The notes below the pieces were generated by a model that was given only the letters and a program-made list of their open reading frames with translations, was not told the DNA's origin and did not search any database. From positions 1 to 54,968 of the forward strand of contig DASYLM010000348.1 of NCBI GenBank assembly GCA_036009565.1: a DNA stretch of 54,968 nt. Direction: 5' to 3'. Within the stretch, counting starts at the first letter, position 1, and the number at the start of each line of letters is the position of its first letter. Positions 9,585-19,074 of this stretch are shown here, piece by piece. The DNA comes from Pseudonocardia sp. (GTDB lineage: Bacteria > Actinomycetota > Actinomycetes > Mycobacteriales > Pseudonocardiaceae). The translations under genes were made by a program, and so were the position numbers.

Positions 9585-10349
9585 GTGAGCAGGCTTGAAG
9601 ATCGAGTAGCGGTGATCACCGGGGCCGGCAGCGGGATCGGGCTGGCCACCGCGCGCCGGTTGGCCGGCGAGGGCGCCCGGGTGGTGTGTGTGGACATCGA
9701 CGCCGCCGGCGCGGAGGCCGCCGCCAAAGAGGTCGGCGGCCTGGCCGTGCAGGCGGACGTGACCTCGAAGGACGACGTGGCGCGGATCTACGCCACGACC
9801 GACGAGACCTACGGGCGCATCGACATCGCGCTGCACAACGCCGGCATCTCGCCGCCGGACGACGACTCGATCCTGACCACCGGGCTGGACGCCTGGCGCC
9901 GGGTCCAGGAGGTCAACCTGACCTCGGTGTACCTGTGCTGCCAGGCTGTCCTGCCGTACATGCAGCGGGCCGGCAAGGGCTCGATCATCAACGTGGCGTC
10001 GTTCGTGGCAGTGATGGGCTCGGCCACCTCGCAGATCTCCTACACCGCGTCCAAGGGCGGCGTGCTGGCGATGACCCGCGAACTGGGCGTGCAGTTCGCC
10101 CGCGAGGGCATCCGGGTCAACGCCCTCTGCCCGGGTCCGGTCAACACGCCGCTGCTGCGGGAGCTGTTCGCCAAGGACCCGGAGCGCGCACAGCGCCGGC
10201 TGGTCCACGTGCCGATGGGCCGGTTCGCCGAGCCGACCGAGATCGCCGCCGCCATCGCGTTCCTGGCCAGTGACGACTCCTCGTTCATCACCGCCTCGGA
10301 GTTCCTGGTCGACGGCGGTATCTCCAGCGCCTACACCACTCCCCTGTGA
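9585..10349 (+). CDS. Short-chain dehydrogenase/reductase (3-oxoacyl-ACP reductase-like, Rv2857c type)
   Basis: TGAGSGIG, HNAG, YTASK, NALCPGPVNTP. Confidence 0.92.
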   Translation: MSRLEDRVAVITGAGSGIGLATARRLAGEGARVVCVDIDAAGAEAAAKEVGGLAVQADVTSKDDVARIYATTDETYGRIDIALHNAGISPPDDDSILTTGLDAWRRVQEVNLTSVYLCCQAVLPYMQRAGKGSIINVASFVAVMGSATSQISYTASKGGVLAMTRELGVQFAREGIRVNALCPGPVNTPLLRELFAKDPERAQRRLVHVPMGRFAEPTEIAAAIAFLASDDSSFITASEFLVDGGISSAYTTPL

Positions 10350-10396
10350 CCGGCCGTGTGTCCGGCCCTGTGTCCGGCCCTGTGACCGGCGCTGTG
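10345..10396. repeat. 12-bp tandem repeat TGTG(A/T)CCGGCC(C/G) x4 at the SDR/C26 junction
   Basis: Seen directly. Confidence 0.85.
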
Positions 10397-11083
10397 CCTG
10401 GTAGCCGGCCGCTGATCGCGCTCACCAGCTATCACGAGCCGGCTGTGTGGGGCGTGTGGAACGACGTGCCGGCCGCGCTGCTGCCGTGGACCTACGTGCG
10501 GCAGGTGACCGACGCCGGCGGGGCACCGATCCTGCTGCCGCCGGTGCCGGCGGCGATCCCGGACGTGCTGGCCCGGGTGGACGCGCTGCTGCTCACCGGC
10601 GGCCCGGACATCGACCCGGCGCGGTACGGCGCGCACCGCGACGCGGCCACCCAGCCGGCCCGGCCGGCCCGCGACGAGGCCGAGCTGGCCGCGCTGGCCG
10701 CCGCCGAGGAGCGCGGCATCCCGGTACTGGCGATCTGCCGGGGCGCGCAGCTGCTCAGCGTGGCCAGGGGTGGCTCGCTGCACCAGCACCTGCCCGGGCA
10801 CGCACCCCGCAACCCCGGGAACTACGACGCGAACGAGATCCGGATCGCCGCCGGCACCCGGCTGGCCGCCGCGCTCGGTGAGTTCGCCACGCTGGCCTGC
10901 GCCCATCACCAGGGCATCGACCAGGTCGGCACCGGGCTCAAGGCGGTGGCCTGGGCGGCGGACGGCACCATCGAGGGCACCGAGGACCCGTCCGCGCGGT
11001 TCGTGGTCGGCGTGCAGGCGCACCCCGAGGAAGGCCCGGACACCCAGGCGCTGTTCGAGGCTTTCGTCGCCGCCGCCCGCTGA
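10346..11083 (+). CDS. Gamma-glutamyl-gamma-aminobutyrate hydrolase family (peptidase C26, PuuD-like)
   Basis: LLTGGPDIDP, AICRGAQ, HHQ, GVQAHPEE. Confidence 0.9.
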   Translation: MTGRVSGPVSGPVTGAVPGSRPLIALTSYHEPAVWGVWNDVPAALLPWTYVRQVTDAGGAPILLPPVPAAIPDVLARVDALLLTGGPDIDPARYGAHRDAATQPARPARDEAELAALAAAEERGIPVLAICRGAQLLSVARGGSLHQHLPGHAPRNPGNYDANEIRIAAGTRLAAALGEFATLACAHHQGIDQVGTGLKAVAWAADGTIEGTEDPSARFVVGVQAHPEEGPDTQALFEAFVAAAR

Positions 11084-11109
11084 CCGGCGCCGACCAGGTT
11101 CCCGTCTCG

Positions 11110-11150
11110 CCGAGAGGCCCGACTCGGTGTGCTGAGAGGCCCGACTCGGC
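11110..11150. repeat. 22-bp-period direct repeat (GAGAGGCCCGACTCGG x2) between convergent genes
   Basis: GCCCGACTC at 11117 and 11139. Confidence 0.75.
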
Positions 11151-11271
11151 AGACGCTCCGACTGGGTGCCGAGGGCATCGGCGCGGCCCAGACCAGCCGG
11201 CGGGTCGGCGACCTGCTCGCTCTCCGCTCACCGGTCTGGCCCGAGGACTCTAGCGACTCGGTCCGCGGAAT

Positions 11272-12195
11272 CTAGCGACTCGCGGGTTTGGTGCGGTCCA
11301 GGTCGGGCTCCAGGTAGATCAGGTGAGCGGCGGGGACGGTGGCCCGGATGCGCTCCTCGGCGTCGTCGATGGCCTGGGCGACGTCCTCGAGCCGCAGCGC
11401 CGGGGTGAGCGCGATCTTGGCCGCGACCAGTAGCTCGTCCGGGCTGAGGTACTGGGTCCGGAGGTGCAGCACCCGCTCCACCCGGCCGGCCTCGAGCGCC
11501 TCGGTGATCAGGCGCACGGTGGTCGGGTCCGCGCCCTCGCCGATCAGCAGGCTCTTCATCTCGATGATCAGGACGACCGCGATGGCGCCGAGCAGCAGGC
11601 CGATGCCGACCGTGCCGATGCCGTCCCAGATGCCGTTGCCGGTGAGCATCGTGAGGCCCACCCCGAGCAGCGCGAGTACCAGGCCGATCAACGCACCGAA
11701 GTCCTCCAGCAGCACCACCGGCAGCTCCGGCTCGGTGGCCTCCCGGATGAACCGCCACCAGGAACGGTCGCCCTTGAGGCCCCTGGACTCGTGGATGGCG
11801 GTACGGAAGCTGTAGGACTCCAGCAGTACGGCCACCCCGAGGATCACGATCGCCACGACCGGGCTGGTGATCGGCGCCGGCTCCAGAACCTTGTGCACGC
11901 CCTCGTACAGCGAGAACACCGCGCCCAGGGTGAACAGCAGCAGCGCGACGACGAAGGAGTAGAAGAACCGGTCCCGGCCGTAGCCGAACGGGTGCTCGGG
12001 CGTCGCCTCCCGCTGGGCGCGCTTCTTGCCCAGCAGGAGCAGGCCCTGGTTGGAGGTGTCCGCCAGCGAGTGCACCGACTCGGCGAGCATCGAGGACGAC
12101 CCGGTGAACAGGAAGCCGACAAACTTCGCCACCGCGATCCCGGCGTTGGCCGCGAGAGCGGCGATGATCGCTCGGGTACCGGATCCGGCGGACAT
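11272..12195 (-). CDS. Cation diffusion facilitator family transporter
   Basis: AIIAALAANAGIAVAKF, AESVHSLADTSNQ, HPFGYGR, VLLEDFGAL; GAGGAG SD. Confidence 0.92.
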   Translation of the reverse strand: MSAGSGTRAIIAALAANAGIAVAKFVGFLFTGSSSMLAESVHSLADTSNQGLLLLGKKRAQREATPEHPFGYGRDRFFYSFVVALLLFTLGAVFSLYEGVHKVLEPAPITSPVVAIVILGVAVLLESYSFRTAIHESRGLKGDRSWWRFIREATEPELPVVLLEDFGALIGLVLALLGVGLTMLTGNGIWDGIGTVGIGLLLGAIAVVLIIEMKSLLIGEGADPTTVRLITEALEAGRVERVLHLRTQYLSPDELLVAAKIALTPALRLEDVAQAIDDAEERIRATVPAAHLIYLEPDLDRTKPASR

Positions 12196-12263
12196 GCTGG
12201 TGCTCCTCGGTGGCTCAGCCCACTGCGTGGCGAAGATCGAAAGATAGCCGTTCGCGCCGGTCC

Positions 12264-13529
12264 CTAGGGACGGCTTAACCCGTCGGTGGCCACGAACAAC
12301 TGGGCCTGCCCGTCCACGGACATGGCCTTCACCTCGACATCCTTGGCGTCCAGCCACACCGAGTCGCCCCGGCGCAGGGTCAGCGAGTGGCCCGAACCGG
12401 CGGCCACCTTGACCGACCCGACGGTGCACAGCGCGATTCTCGGGCCACTCGCGGGCAGCGAGACCATGTCCCCGGCGGTGCCGTTGGCCCAGTCGAGGCG
12501 CCACAGCCGGAACTCCTCGGTGGCGGTGTCGTACCGGGTGACCGGGCCGTCGGTCACACCGGTCACCCTCGGTGCCGGGCCGGCCTCGAAACGCAGGACC
12601 CGCAGCAGCTCCGGGACATCCACATGCTTCGGGGTCAGCCCGCCACGCAGCACGTTGTCCGAGTTCGCCATCAGCTCGATGCACGCGCCGGACAGGTAGG
12701 CGTGCAGCAGGCCGGCGCCCTGGAACAGCGCCTCGCCGGGAGCCAGGGTGACCCGGTTGAGCAGCAGCGCGGCCAGCACCCCGGCATCCCCGGGATAACG
12801 CTCGGAGAGGTCGAGCACGGTGCGCACCTCGGCCCGGAACCGGCCGACGCCGGTCGCGGTGCCGGACTGGCCGTCGGCGCCGGCCCGGCGCAGCAGGGCC
12901 ACGCAGCCCTCCTGCACGGCCGGGACCAGCTTGTCCAGTACCGCCTGCGGCAGGGTGATCCAGGTGCTGAACAGCGCCCGCAGCCCGTGCTGGTCGGGCT
13001 GCCCGACGAGCAGTTCGACGTGCGCGGCCAGCTGCGGCACGTTCAGCTCACGGAGCAGCTCGACGGTTACCGCCGGCTCCCGGAACCCGGTCAGCGCATG
13101 GAACTCGGTCAGCGCGACGACCAGTTCGGGCTTGTGGTTCGGGTCCTTGTAGCTGCGGTGCGCGTCGTCCAGGGCGATGCCCTGGGCGTTCTCCCTGGCG
13201 AAACCGGCCGCCGCGCCGGCCATGTCCGGGTGCGCCTGCAGGCTCAGTGGCTCGTCCGCGGCCAGCACCTTGAACAGGAACGGCAACCGCTGGTCCCAAC
13301 GCCGCGCGCTGTTCTCACCGAGCCGGCCGTCCGGATCACGGGTGATCTCGTCGAGCAGCGAGCGCCGCTGACCGTCCGGGCCGAGCAGGTAGGACGGGTC
13401 ACCGGGGTGCGCACCGAGCCACAGCTCCGCCTCGGGGTGCGGGGACGGCACCTGACGGCCCCGCAAGCCGGCGATCACCGTCCGGGAGCCCCACGCGTAC
13501 CTGCGCACCGGGTTGTCCAGTAGCTCCAT
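12264..13529 (-). CDS. manA: Mannose-6-phosphate isomerase, class I
   Basis: YAWGS, EAELWLGAHP, PLSLQAHP, NHKPE, LHAYLSG, ANSDNVLRGGLTPKHVDV. Confidence 0.95.
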   Translation of the reverse strand: MELLDNPVRRYAWGSRTVIAGLRGRQVPSPHPEAELWLGAHPGDPSYLLGPDGQRRSLLDEITRDPDGRLGENSARRWDQRLPFLFKVLAADEPLSLQAHPDMAGAAAGFARENAQGIALDDAHRSYKDPNHKPELVVALTEFHALTGFREPAVTVELLRELNVPQLAAHVELLVGQPDQHGLRALFSTWITLPQAVLDKLVPAVQEGCVALLRRAGADGQSGTATGVGRFRAEVRTVLDLSERYPGDAGVLAALLLNRVTLAPGEALFQGAGLLHAYLSGACIELMANSDNVLRGGLTPKHVDVPELLRVLRFEAGPAPRVTGVTDGPVTRYDTATEEFRLWRLDWANGTAGDMVSLPASGPRIALCTVGSVKVAAGSGHSLTLRRGDSVWLDAKDVEVKAMSVDGQAQLFVATDGLSRP

Positions 13530-13596
13530 CGTTCTCCGAAATCTAGCTGCTCAAGGGGTCGGGCGGAATACTCGATCATGACTATTCGAGCGGCGG

Positions 13597-14757
13597 TTAC
13601 GCCGGCCCGGAAAGCTGTCTAGCCCCGTCCGGATCGGTGTCGAGGTCGGTGTTGAGATCCGAGCCGAGTACGCGACCGGCCAGGCCCAGGTACAGGGCGG
13701 CCAGGTCGAACCGGGTGGCGAGCAGTGCCGCCCGCCGCAGGACCGCGTTCGGCGTGCCCGGCGGGATCTCCTCCACCAGGTGCAGCGTGTCCGCCGAGGC
13801 CCAGCCCCGTCCAGCGTGGCGCATCACAGCGTCGGCGGGATCGGTCTCCTCGGTGGCCAGCAGCAGGATCCGGGGCGGCGCGGGGAGCGCGGCGCCGCCA
13901 CCGGTCGCCTCCACCGGGTCGTCGAACGGATCGTGGAAGATGTCCGCCTGGACCGGGCGGGCCAGCACCCGCTGCAGCCCGGTCGCCCTGGCCGCCTCCG
14001 CCACATCGGCGGCGTGCCCGATGACCGCGGCGTGCGCGGCCAGCGTCGCCGCCGCATAGTGCGCCACGGCGGTGCCCGGCGCGTCGACGCCCCAGAGCAG
14101 CGGGGTGTGGTCGGCCAGCCGCAACGCCAGTGCCTTGGCGGGGTTGACGAACGACTCGTGCGAGAGGTGGTCGCGCTCCAGCTCCCGGTCCAGGTCGGTG
14201 GCCAGCTCCTCCAGGTCCGCCTTGAGCAGGCCGAGGGCTGTCACGGTGACCAGCAGGGTGGCCAGCGCGCGCGGGAAGTCCAGTCCGGCGGGTACCGGGA
14301 CGCGGGGTTCGAGCAGCCGGGCGGCTCCGGCGCCGGCCGCCACGATCGGGCCCTCGCCCGGCGCGGAGAGCACCACCTCGCAGCCGCGGCGCACCGCGCG
14401 GCTCACCGAGTCGGCCAGCTCGCGGTCCGCCGCATCGGCGGTGTGCGCCACCAGCACGTCCAGCGGGCCGATCCAGCTCGGCGCCTCCGTGGCAACCACC
14501 ACAGGCACCGGGCAGGCCGGCCCGAGCAGGGCGTTGACCAGCGGCACCGCGTAGATCGAGCTGCCCGGCCGGGTCAGCAGGACCAGGGCTCTGGGCCGGC
14601 TGCCCCCGAGGGTCGCGACACCCGCCTCGGCCGCCGCCTGCCCGGTCGAGCGGAACTGGGCACCGGCGGTAGCGGCCGACCGGAGCAATCCGGCGGTGTC
14701 CGCCTCGGCCAACGCAGCCGAGTCCTCCAGCAGGCTGTCGTCGAGCACCGCGATCAC
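13597..14757 (-). CDS. SIS-domain / phosphosugar isomerase-like protein (Rv3256c/TobH type)
   Basis: LLRSAATAGAQ, SFVNPAKALALRL; syntenic between Trm112/pmm and manA. Confidence 0.75.
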   Translation of the reverse strand: MIAVLDDSLLEDSAALAEADTAGLLRSAATAGAQFRSTGQAAAEAGVATLGGSRPRALVLLTRPGSSIYAVPLVNALLGPACPVPVVVATEAPSWIGPLDVLVAHTADAADRELADSVSRAVRRGCEVVLSAPGEGPIVAAGAGAARLLEPRVPVPAGLDFPRALATLLVTVTALGLLKADLEELATDLDRELERDHLSHESFVNPAKALALRLADHTPLLWGVDAPGTAVAHYAAATLAAHAAVIGHAADVAEAARATGLQRVLARPVQADIFHDPFDDPVEATGGGAALPAPPRILLLATEETDPADAVMRHAGRGWASADTLHLVEEIPPGTPNAVLRRAALLATRFDLAALYLGLAGRVLGSDLNTDLDTDPDGARQLSGPA

Positions 14758-14984
14758 TTCTCGCCCGGTGGACCGTCCGGGGCATCACCGTGCGCTTGCG
14801 GCAGCTGCGCCTCGTCCAGCAGCAGGACCGGCACACCGTCCACAACCGGATAGCGGCGACCACAGGCCGTGCAGGTCAGTACCTCGGCATCCGGGTCGGC
14901 CTCGGTCCCAACCCGCAGCGGGGCGTGGTCCGGCGACGGGCAGGCGAGGATTTCCAACAACTGTGGATCGAGCTCGACGGCCAC
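14754..14984 (-). CDS. Trm112 family protein
   Basis: LDPQLLEILACP...LTCTACGRRYPVVDGVPVLLLDEA. Confidence 0.9.
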   Translation of the reverse strand: MAVELDPQLLEILACPSPDHAPLRVGTEADPDAEVLTCTACGRRYPVVDGVPVLLLDEAQLPQAHGDAPDGPPGEK

Positions 14985-15044
14985 GGTCGACCCTCTCTGT
15001 GTAGTCGCGTCCGGTGGAGTCCCTCCGGCACTGTGTCCCTTCAA

Positions 15045-15089
15045 GTGCGGTGTCCGATCAGGTGCGGTGTCCGATCAGGTGCGGTGTCC
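15045..15089. repeat. 17-bp tandem repeat GTGCGGTGTCCGATCAG x2.6, intergenic
   Basis: Seen directly. Confidence 0.9.
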
Positions 15090-15099
15090 CATCCGTCGT

Positions 15100-16464
15100 T
15101 CAGCCCCTGGCGAGGGCCAGCACGTCGTCGCGCAGGGCCGCGACCGCCGCCGCGTCCGCGGCCTCCACGTTGAGCCGCAGCAGCGGCTCGGTGTTGGACG
15201 GACGCAGGTTGAACCAGGACCCGTCGGGCAGTTCCACGGTCAGCCCGTCGAGTTCGTCGATCAGCACCCCTGCCTGACTGCCGTAGTGCTGCTTGACCAC
15301 CGTGATCCGGGCAGCCGGGTCCGCCACGGTGGAGTTGACCTCGCCGGAGGCCGCGTACCGACCATAGTCGGCCATCAACTGCGACAATGGCCAGTCCCGC
15401 TCGCCGAGCGCGGCCAACACGTGCAGCGCGGCGAGCATCCCGGAGTCAGCCCGCCAGAAGTCCCGGAAATAGTAGTGCGCGGAGTGCTCGCCACCGAAGA
15501 TCGCCCCGGTCTCGGCCATCGTCTGCTTGATGAACGAGTGGCCCACGCGGGTGCGCACCGGGGTGCCGCCGTGCTCGGTGATGATCTCCGGGACGGCCCG
15601 CGAGGTGATCAGGTTGTGAATCACGGGTGAGCCCGGCTCGCGGGCGAGCTCGCGCACCGCGACCAGAGCGGTGATCGCGCTCGGGCTGACCGGTGCGCCG
15701 CGCTCGTCCACCACGAAGCAGCGGTCCGCGTCGCCGTCGAAGGCCAGCCCGAGATCAGCACCGGCGGCGCGCACCTCGGCGCACAGGTCGACCAGGTTCT
15801 TCGGGTCCAGCGGGTTTGCCTCGTGGTTCGGGAACGTGCCGTCCAGCTCGAAGTACAGCGGGACGAGGTCCACGGGCAGCCCGGCGAACACCTCGGGCAC
15901 CGTGTAGCCGGCCATCCCGTTGCCGGCGTCCACCACCACCCGCAGCGGCCGGATGCCGGACACGTCGACCAGCTTGCGCAGGTAGTCGGCGTAGTCCGCG
16001 AGCACGTTCCGCTCGGTGACGCTGCCAGCCGGGGCGTCGGTGGCCGGCAGCCCGCGCTCGGCGTCGGCCCGGATCTCCAACAGGCCGCAGTCCTCGGCGA
16101 TCGGCACCGCCCCGGCCCGGCACAGCTTGAAGCCGTTGTAGCGGGCCGGGTTGTGGCTGGCGGTGATCATCACGCCGGGTATGTCCAGGCGGCCGGCCGC
16201 GAAGTAGAGCAGGTCGGTGCTGGCCAGGCCGATGTCGACGACGTCGACGCCCTGGCCGGTCACCCCTTCGGCGAACGCGGCGGCCAGCCCCGGCGAGCTC
16301 TCCCGCATGTCCCGCCCGATCGCCACCGCGGGGCCGCCGGCCTCCCGGGCGAACCCGGCACCTAACCGACGGGCCACGTCCGCATCGAGTTGCTCGCCGA
16401 CCACTCCTCGGATGTCATAGGCCTTGACGATCGCGGACAGGTCCAAGACTGCCGACTCGGTCAC
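15100..16464 (-). CDS. pmmA: Phosphomannomutase/phosphoglucomutase
   Basis: KAYDIRG, TASHNP phosphoserine loop, FDGDADR, GGEHSAH, RPSNTEP; start could be TTG 16446. Confidence 0.93.
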   Translation of the reverse strand: MTESAVLDLSAIVKAYDIRGVVGEQLDADVARRLGAGFAREAGGPAVAIGRDMRESSPGLAAAFAEGVTGQGVDVVDIGLASTDLLYFAAGRLDIPGVMITASHNPARYNGFKLCRAGAVPIAEDCGLLEIRADAERGLPATDAPAGSVTERNVLADYADYLRKLVDVSGIRPLRVVVDAGNGMAGYTVPEVFAGLPVDLVPLYFELDGTFPNHEANPLDPKNLVDLCAEVRAAGADLGLAFDGDADRCFVVDERGAPVSPSAITALVAVRELAREPGSPVIHNLITSRAVPEIITEHGGTPVRTRVGHSFIKQTMAETGAIFGGEHSAHYYFRDFWRADSGMLAALHVLAALGERDWPLSQLMADYGRYAASGEVNSTVADPAARITVVKQHYGSQAGVLIDELDGLTVELPDGSWFNLRPSNTEPLLRLNVEAADAAAVAALRDDVLALARG

Positions 16465-17321
16465 CCGACGAGCCTATCGGCTCCCTTTCCAGCAGGGTGC
16501 ACGAAGTCCGCGATCAGCGTCGCCAGCTGCTCCGGCGCGTCGACCGGGACGAAGGTGGCGGCGTTCTCGAACCACACCAACCGGGCCCCCGGGATGTCGC
16601 CGGCCAGCCGCTCGGCGTAGCCCGGCTTGAAGAACCGGTCCCGGCGACCCCAGGCCAGCAGGACCGGCCGGTGGAACTCGCGGAGCTGCTCGGCGGCCCG
16701 CAGCGTGTAGCGGCTGGAGATGCCGCGCAGCACCTTGGCCACGTCCCGGCGGACCCCCGCGTCCTCGAGCACCGGCCGGACCCAGGCGTCGGAGCGCTCC
16801 CGGTCCACCGGGGTCGCGGACAGCCAGCCGAAGGCGAACGGCAGCCGGCGGACCGCGCGCGAGCGGCAGGACTGGGCGAGCAGCCAGATGCCGCCGGGGA
16901 TACGGCCCAGCAGCTGCAGGTAGCGGAACGCCGGCGGCAGGAAGTTCTCGTAGGCGTCGCAGTTGGTCAGCACCAGCTTGGCCAGCCGCTCCGGGTGCGC
17001 GGTGGCGACCAACTGGCAGATCGCGCCGCCGGTGTCGTTGCCGACCAGGGTCACCTGGCGCAGCTCCAGCGCGGCCAGCAGGTCCGCGATCAACCGGGCA
17101 ACCCCCGGCGGCGTGAGGTCGGCGTCGGCGCGGAGCGCAACCTGGTGCGAGCCCAGCGGCAGCTCGGGCACCACGACCCGGGCGACCCGGCTCAGTGGTC
17201 CGACCACGTCCCGCCACAGCTCACCGTTGACGAACGCCCCGTGCACGAGGACCACGACCGGGCCCGCACCGCCGGTGTCGGTGTAGCGGACAGTGCCCTG
17301 GGGCAGCTCTAGCTCCTGCAT
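16461..17321 (-). CDS. Alpha/beta fold hydrolase
   Basis: VVLVHG, LVGNDTGG (Asp nucleophile), AWGRRDRFF; GGAGG SD. Confidence 0.88.
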   Translation of the reverse strand: MQELELPQGTVRYTDTGGAGPVVVLVHGAFVNGELWRDVVGPLSRVARVVVPELPLGSHQVALRADADLTPPGVARLIADLLAALELRQVTLVGNDTGGAICQLVATAHPERLAKLVLTNCDAYENFLPPAFRYLQLLGRIPGGIWLLAQSCRSRAVRRLPFAFGWLSATPVDRERSDAWVRPVLEDAGVRRDVAKVLRGISSRYTLRAAEQLREFHRPVLLAWGRRDRFFKPGYAERLAGDIPGARLVWFENAATFVPVDAPEQLATLIADFVHPAGKGADRLVG

Positions 17322-17351
17322 GACGCCTCCTGGTCTGTTGAACTGCCGCTT

Positions 17352-17399
17352 CACATACAAGCTGTATGTGGAACTCACGCTAACATACAGCCGGTATGT
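17352..17399. promoter_or_regulatory. Two palindromic TetR operators ACATAC-N5-GTATGT
   Basis: 17353-17369 and 17383-17399, 30 bp apart, between divergent hydrolase and TetR; the second overlaps the TetR ATG. Confidence 0.8.
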
Positions 17400-17995
17400 C
17401 AACCAGGGAAGAGCGCGCCGAGGCCACCCGTGCCCAGTTGCTCGCGGTGGCCACCGAGCTGTTCGCCAGCCGGGGCTACGCGGCGGTGGGCACCGAGGAC
17501 GTGGTGCGCGAGGCCGGGCTCACCCGGGGCGCGCTCTACCACCACTTCACCGACAAGCGCGAGCTCTTCGCGGCCGTCCACGAGCGCCTGGAACAGGACA
17601 CGATGGCGGCGATCGGTAGCCGGATGGCCGCCGCCGCCGAGTCGGGGACCGCCGACCCGGTCGAGCTGCTGATCATTGGGATGCGCTCGTTCCTGGACGC
17701 GTGCATGGAGCCGGCGGTGCTGCGGATCACGCTGCTGGACGCGCCGACGGTGCTGGGCTGGGCGCGCTGGCGCGGGGTGGACGAGCGCTACGGGCTCGGA
17801 CTGGTGATCAATGGCCTCGAGTACGCGATGGCCGCCGGAGCGCTGCGCCGCCAGGAGCCCCGCCCGCTGGCGCACCTGCTGCTGGCCGCGGTCGGTGAGG
17901 CCGCCCAGCTCATCGCGCACGCGGAGCACCCGGAGCAGGCCAGAGCCGAGGTCGAGCCGGCCATGCTGTCCATGCTGGACGGCCTGCGCGCCTGA
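17396..17995 (+). CDS. TetR/AcrR family regulator
   Basis: ELFASRGYAAVGTEDVVREAGLTRGALYHHFTDK. Confidence 0.93.
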   Translation: MSTREERAEATRAQLLAVATELFASRGYAAVGTEDVVREAGLTRGALYHHFTDKRELFAAVHERLEQDTMAAIGSRMAAAAESGTADPVELLIIGMRSFLDACMEPAVLRITLLDAPTVLGWARWRGVDERYGLGLVINGLEYAMAAGALRRQEPRPLAHLLLAAVGEAAQLIAHAEHPEQARAEVEPAMLSMLDGLRA

Positions 17996-18030
17996 TCACG
18001 CTGGAGCGTGGTGGAACGGCGAACTCGGCT

Positions 18031-18096
18031 GGCACAGACCCGCTGCGCGCGGCACAGACGTTGCAGGGTCTGTGCCGCGGGGGGACGGTCTGTGTG
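18031..18096. repeat. Four-box palindromic element, copy A
   Basis: CACAGAC 18033, CACAGAC 18053, GTCTGTG 18068, GTCTGTG 18088. Confidence 0.85.
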
Positions 18097-18135
18097 GGCG
18101 ATGCGGGGGGCGGCGGGCTATTACGGAGTGCGGGG

Positions 18136-18483
18136 TCAGTCGTCCAGGCCGCGGAGTACCCGGAGGTGTCGGCCGGTGCTGATGGCCGGCATGGAGTGGC
18201 CGGTCTGGACCGCCCGGCCGGCTTCCCGGACCGCCTCGGCCAGCTCGGTGAGTTCGTCCGGCGACGGCGGCGGCAACGGCATCTCCCCCTCGTACCGCAC
18301 CACGTCCCACCCGCGCGGCACGGTGAGTCGCTTCGCGTGCACGGCACACAGGTCGTACGAGTGCGGCTCAGCCTGCGTCGCCAGCGGTCCGACCACAGCA
18401 GTGGACTCGGCGTAGACATAAGTCAACGTCGCCACCGCGAGCTCGGTACACCCGCTGCGTGAACACCCCCGGACATCCCGCAC
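18136..18483 (-). CDS. DUF3499 family protein
   Basis: CSRSGC..AVATLTYVYAESTAVVGPLA..EPHSYDLC..H; Rv3258c position. Confidence 0.88.
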   Translation of the reverse strand: MRDVRGCSRSGCTELAVATLTYVYAESTAVVGPLATQAEPHSYDLCAVHAKRLTVPRGWDVVRYEGEMPLPPPSPDELTELAEAVREAGRAVQTGHSMPAISTGRHLRVLRGLDD

Positions 18484-18541
18484 GGGGCGACCATATCTCC
18501 TGTTACGCACGGGACGCGGCAACGACGCGTACCCTCACCCC

Positions 18542-19021
18542 GTGAGGTCAGTACGAACGGGCCCGAAGGGTCGGGCGCCACGCCGGGACCGGCGGGGTCG
18601 GGGCCTGCGCGGTCTGCGCTATCCGGTCACCGCCCCGGTCTTCAAAAATCGCGCTCAACGGTTCGACGACATGGTGCTCGAGGCCCTGGAGCCGATCGAG
18701 GAGCGTTGGGGCGACGAGCTGACCGAGCTGGACCTCGCGGTCGACATGGTGCCGGAGATCGAGCAGACCGATCCGGAGGCGACCACCTGGCCGCCGGAGG
18801 TGGTCGAAGACCTCGGAGTGCCGCTGGCCCAGCTGGTGCCGGCCGGGGTGGACCGCCGAGGCCTGCCCACCCGCGCGCGGATCGTGCTGTACCGACGGCC
18901 GCTGGAGGCGCGCTCGCGGGACGGGATCGACCTGGTGGACCTGTTGCACGAGGTACTCATCGAGCAGGTCGCCTGTTACCTGGGCGTCGAGCCGGACTCG
19001 CTGGAAGCCGGCGAGAACTAG
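18542..19021 (+). CDS. Zincin-like metallopeptidase family protein (Rv3259 type)
   Basis: RRDRRGRGLRG, RIVLYRRPLE, HEVLIEQVA. Confidence 0.85.
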   Translation: MRSVRTGPKGRAPRRDRRGRGLRGLRYPVTAPVFKNRAQRFDDMVLEALEPIEERWGDELTELDLAVDMVPEIEQTDPEATTWPPEVVEDLGVPLAQLVPAGVDRRGLPTRARIVLYRRPLEARSRDGIDLVDLLHEVLIEQVACYLGVEPDSLEAGEN

Positions 19022-19029
19022 AGCGTTCC

Positions 19030-19074
19030 CAGACGGGCAGCAGACGGGCGGCAGAGGGGCGGCAGAGCCGGCGG
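19030..19074. repeat. 11-bp degenerate tandem repeat CAGA(C/G)GGGC(A/G)G x4
   Basis: Seen directly after the zincin stop. Confidence 0.75.

Noticed and set aside
15045-15089. Short direct repeats as a possible CRISPR array (also 48865-48924, 11110-11150)
   Set aside because: Head-to-tail units without unique 30-40 bp spacers; no cas genes
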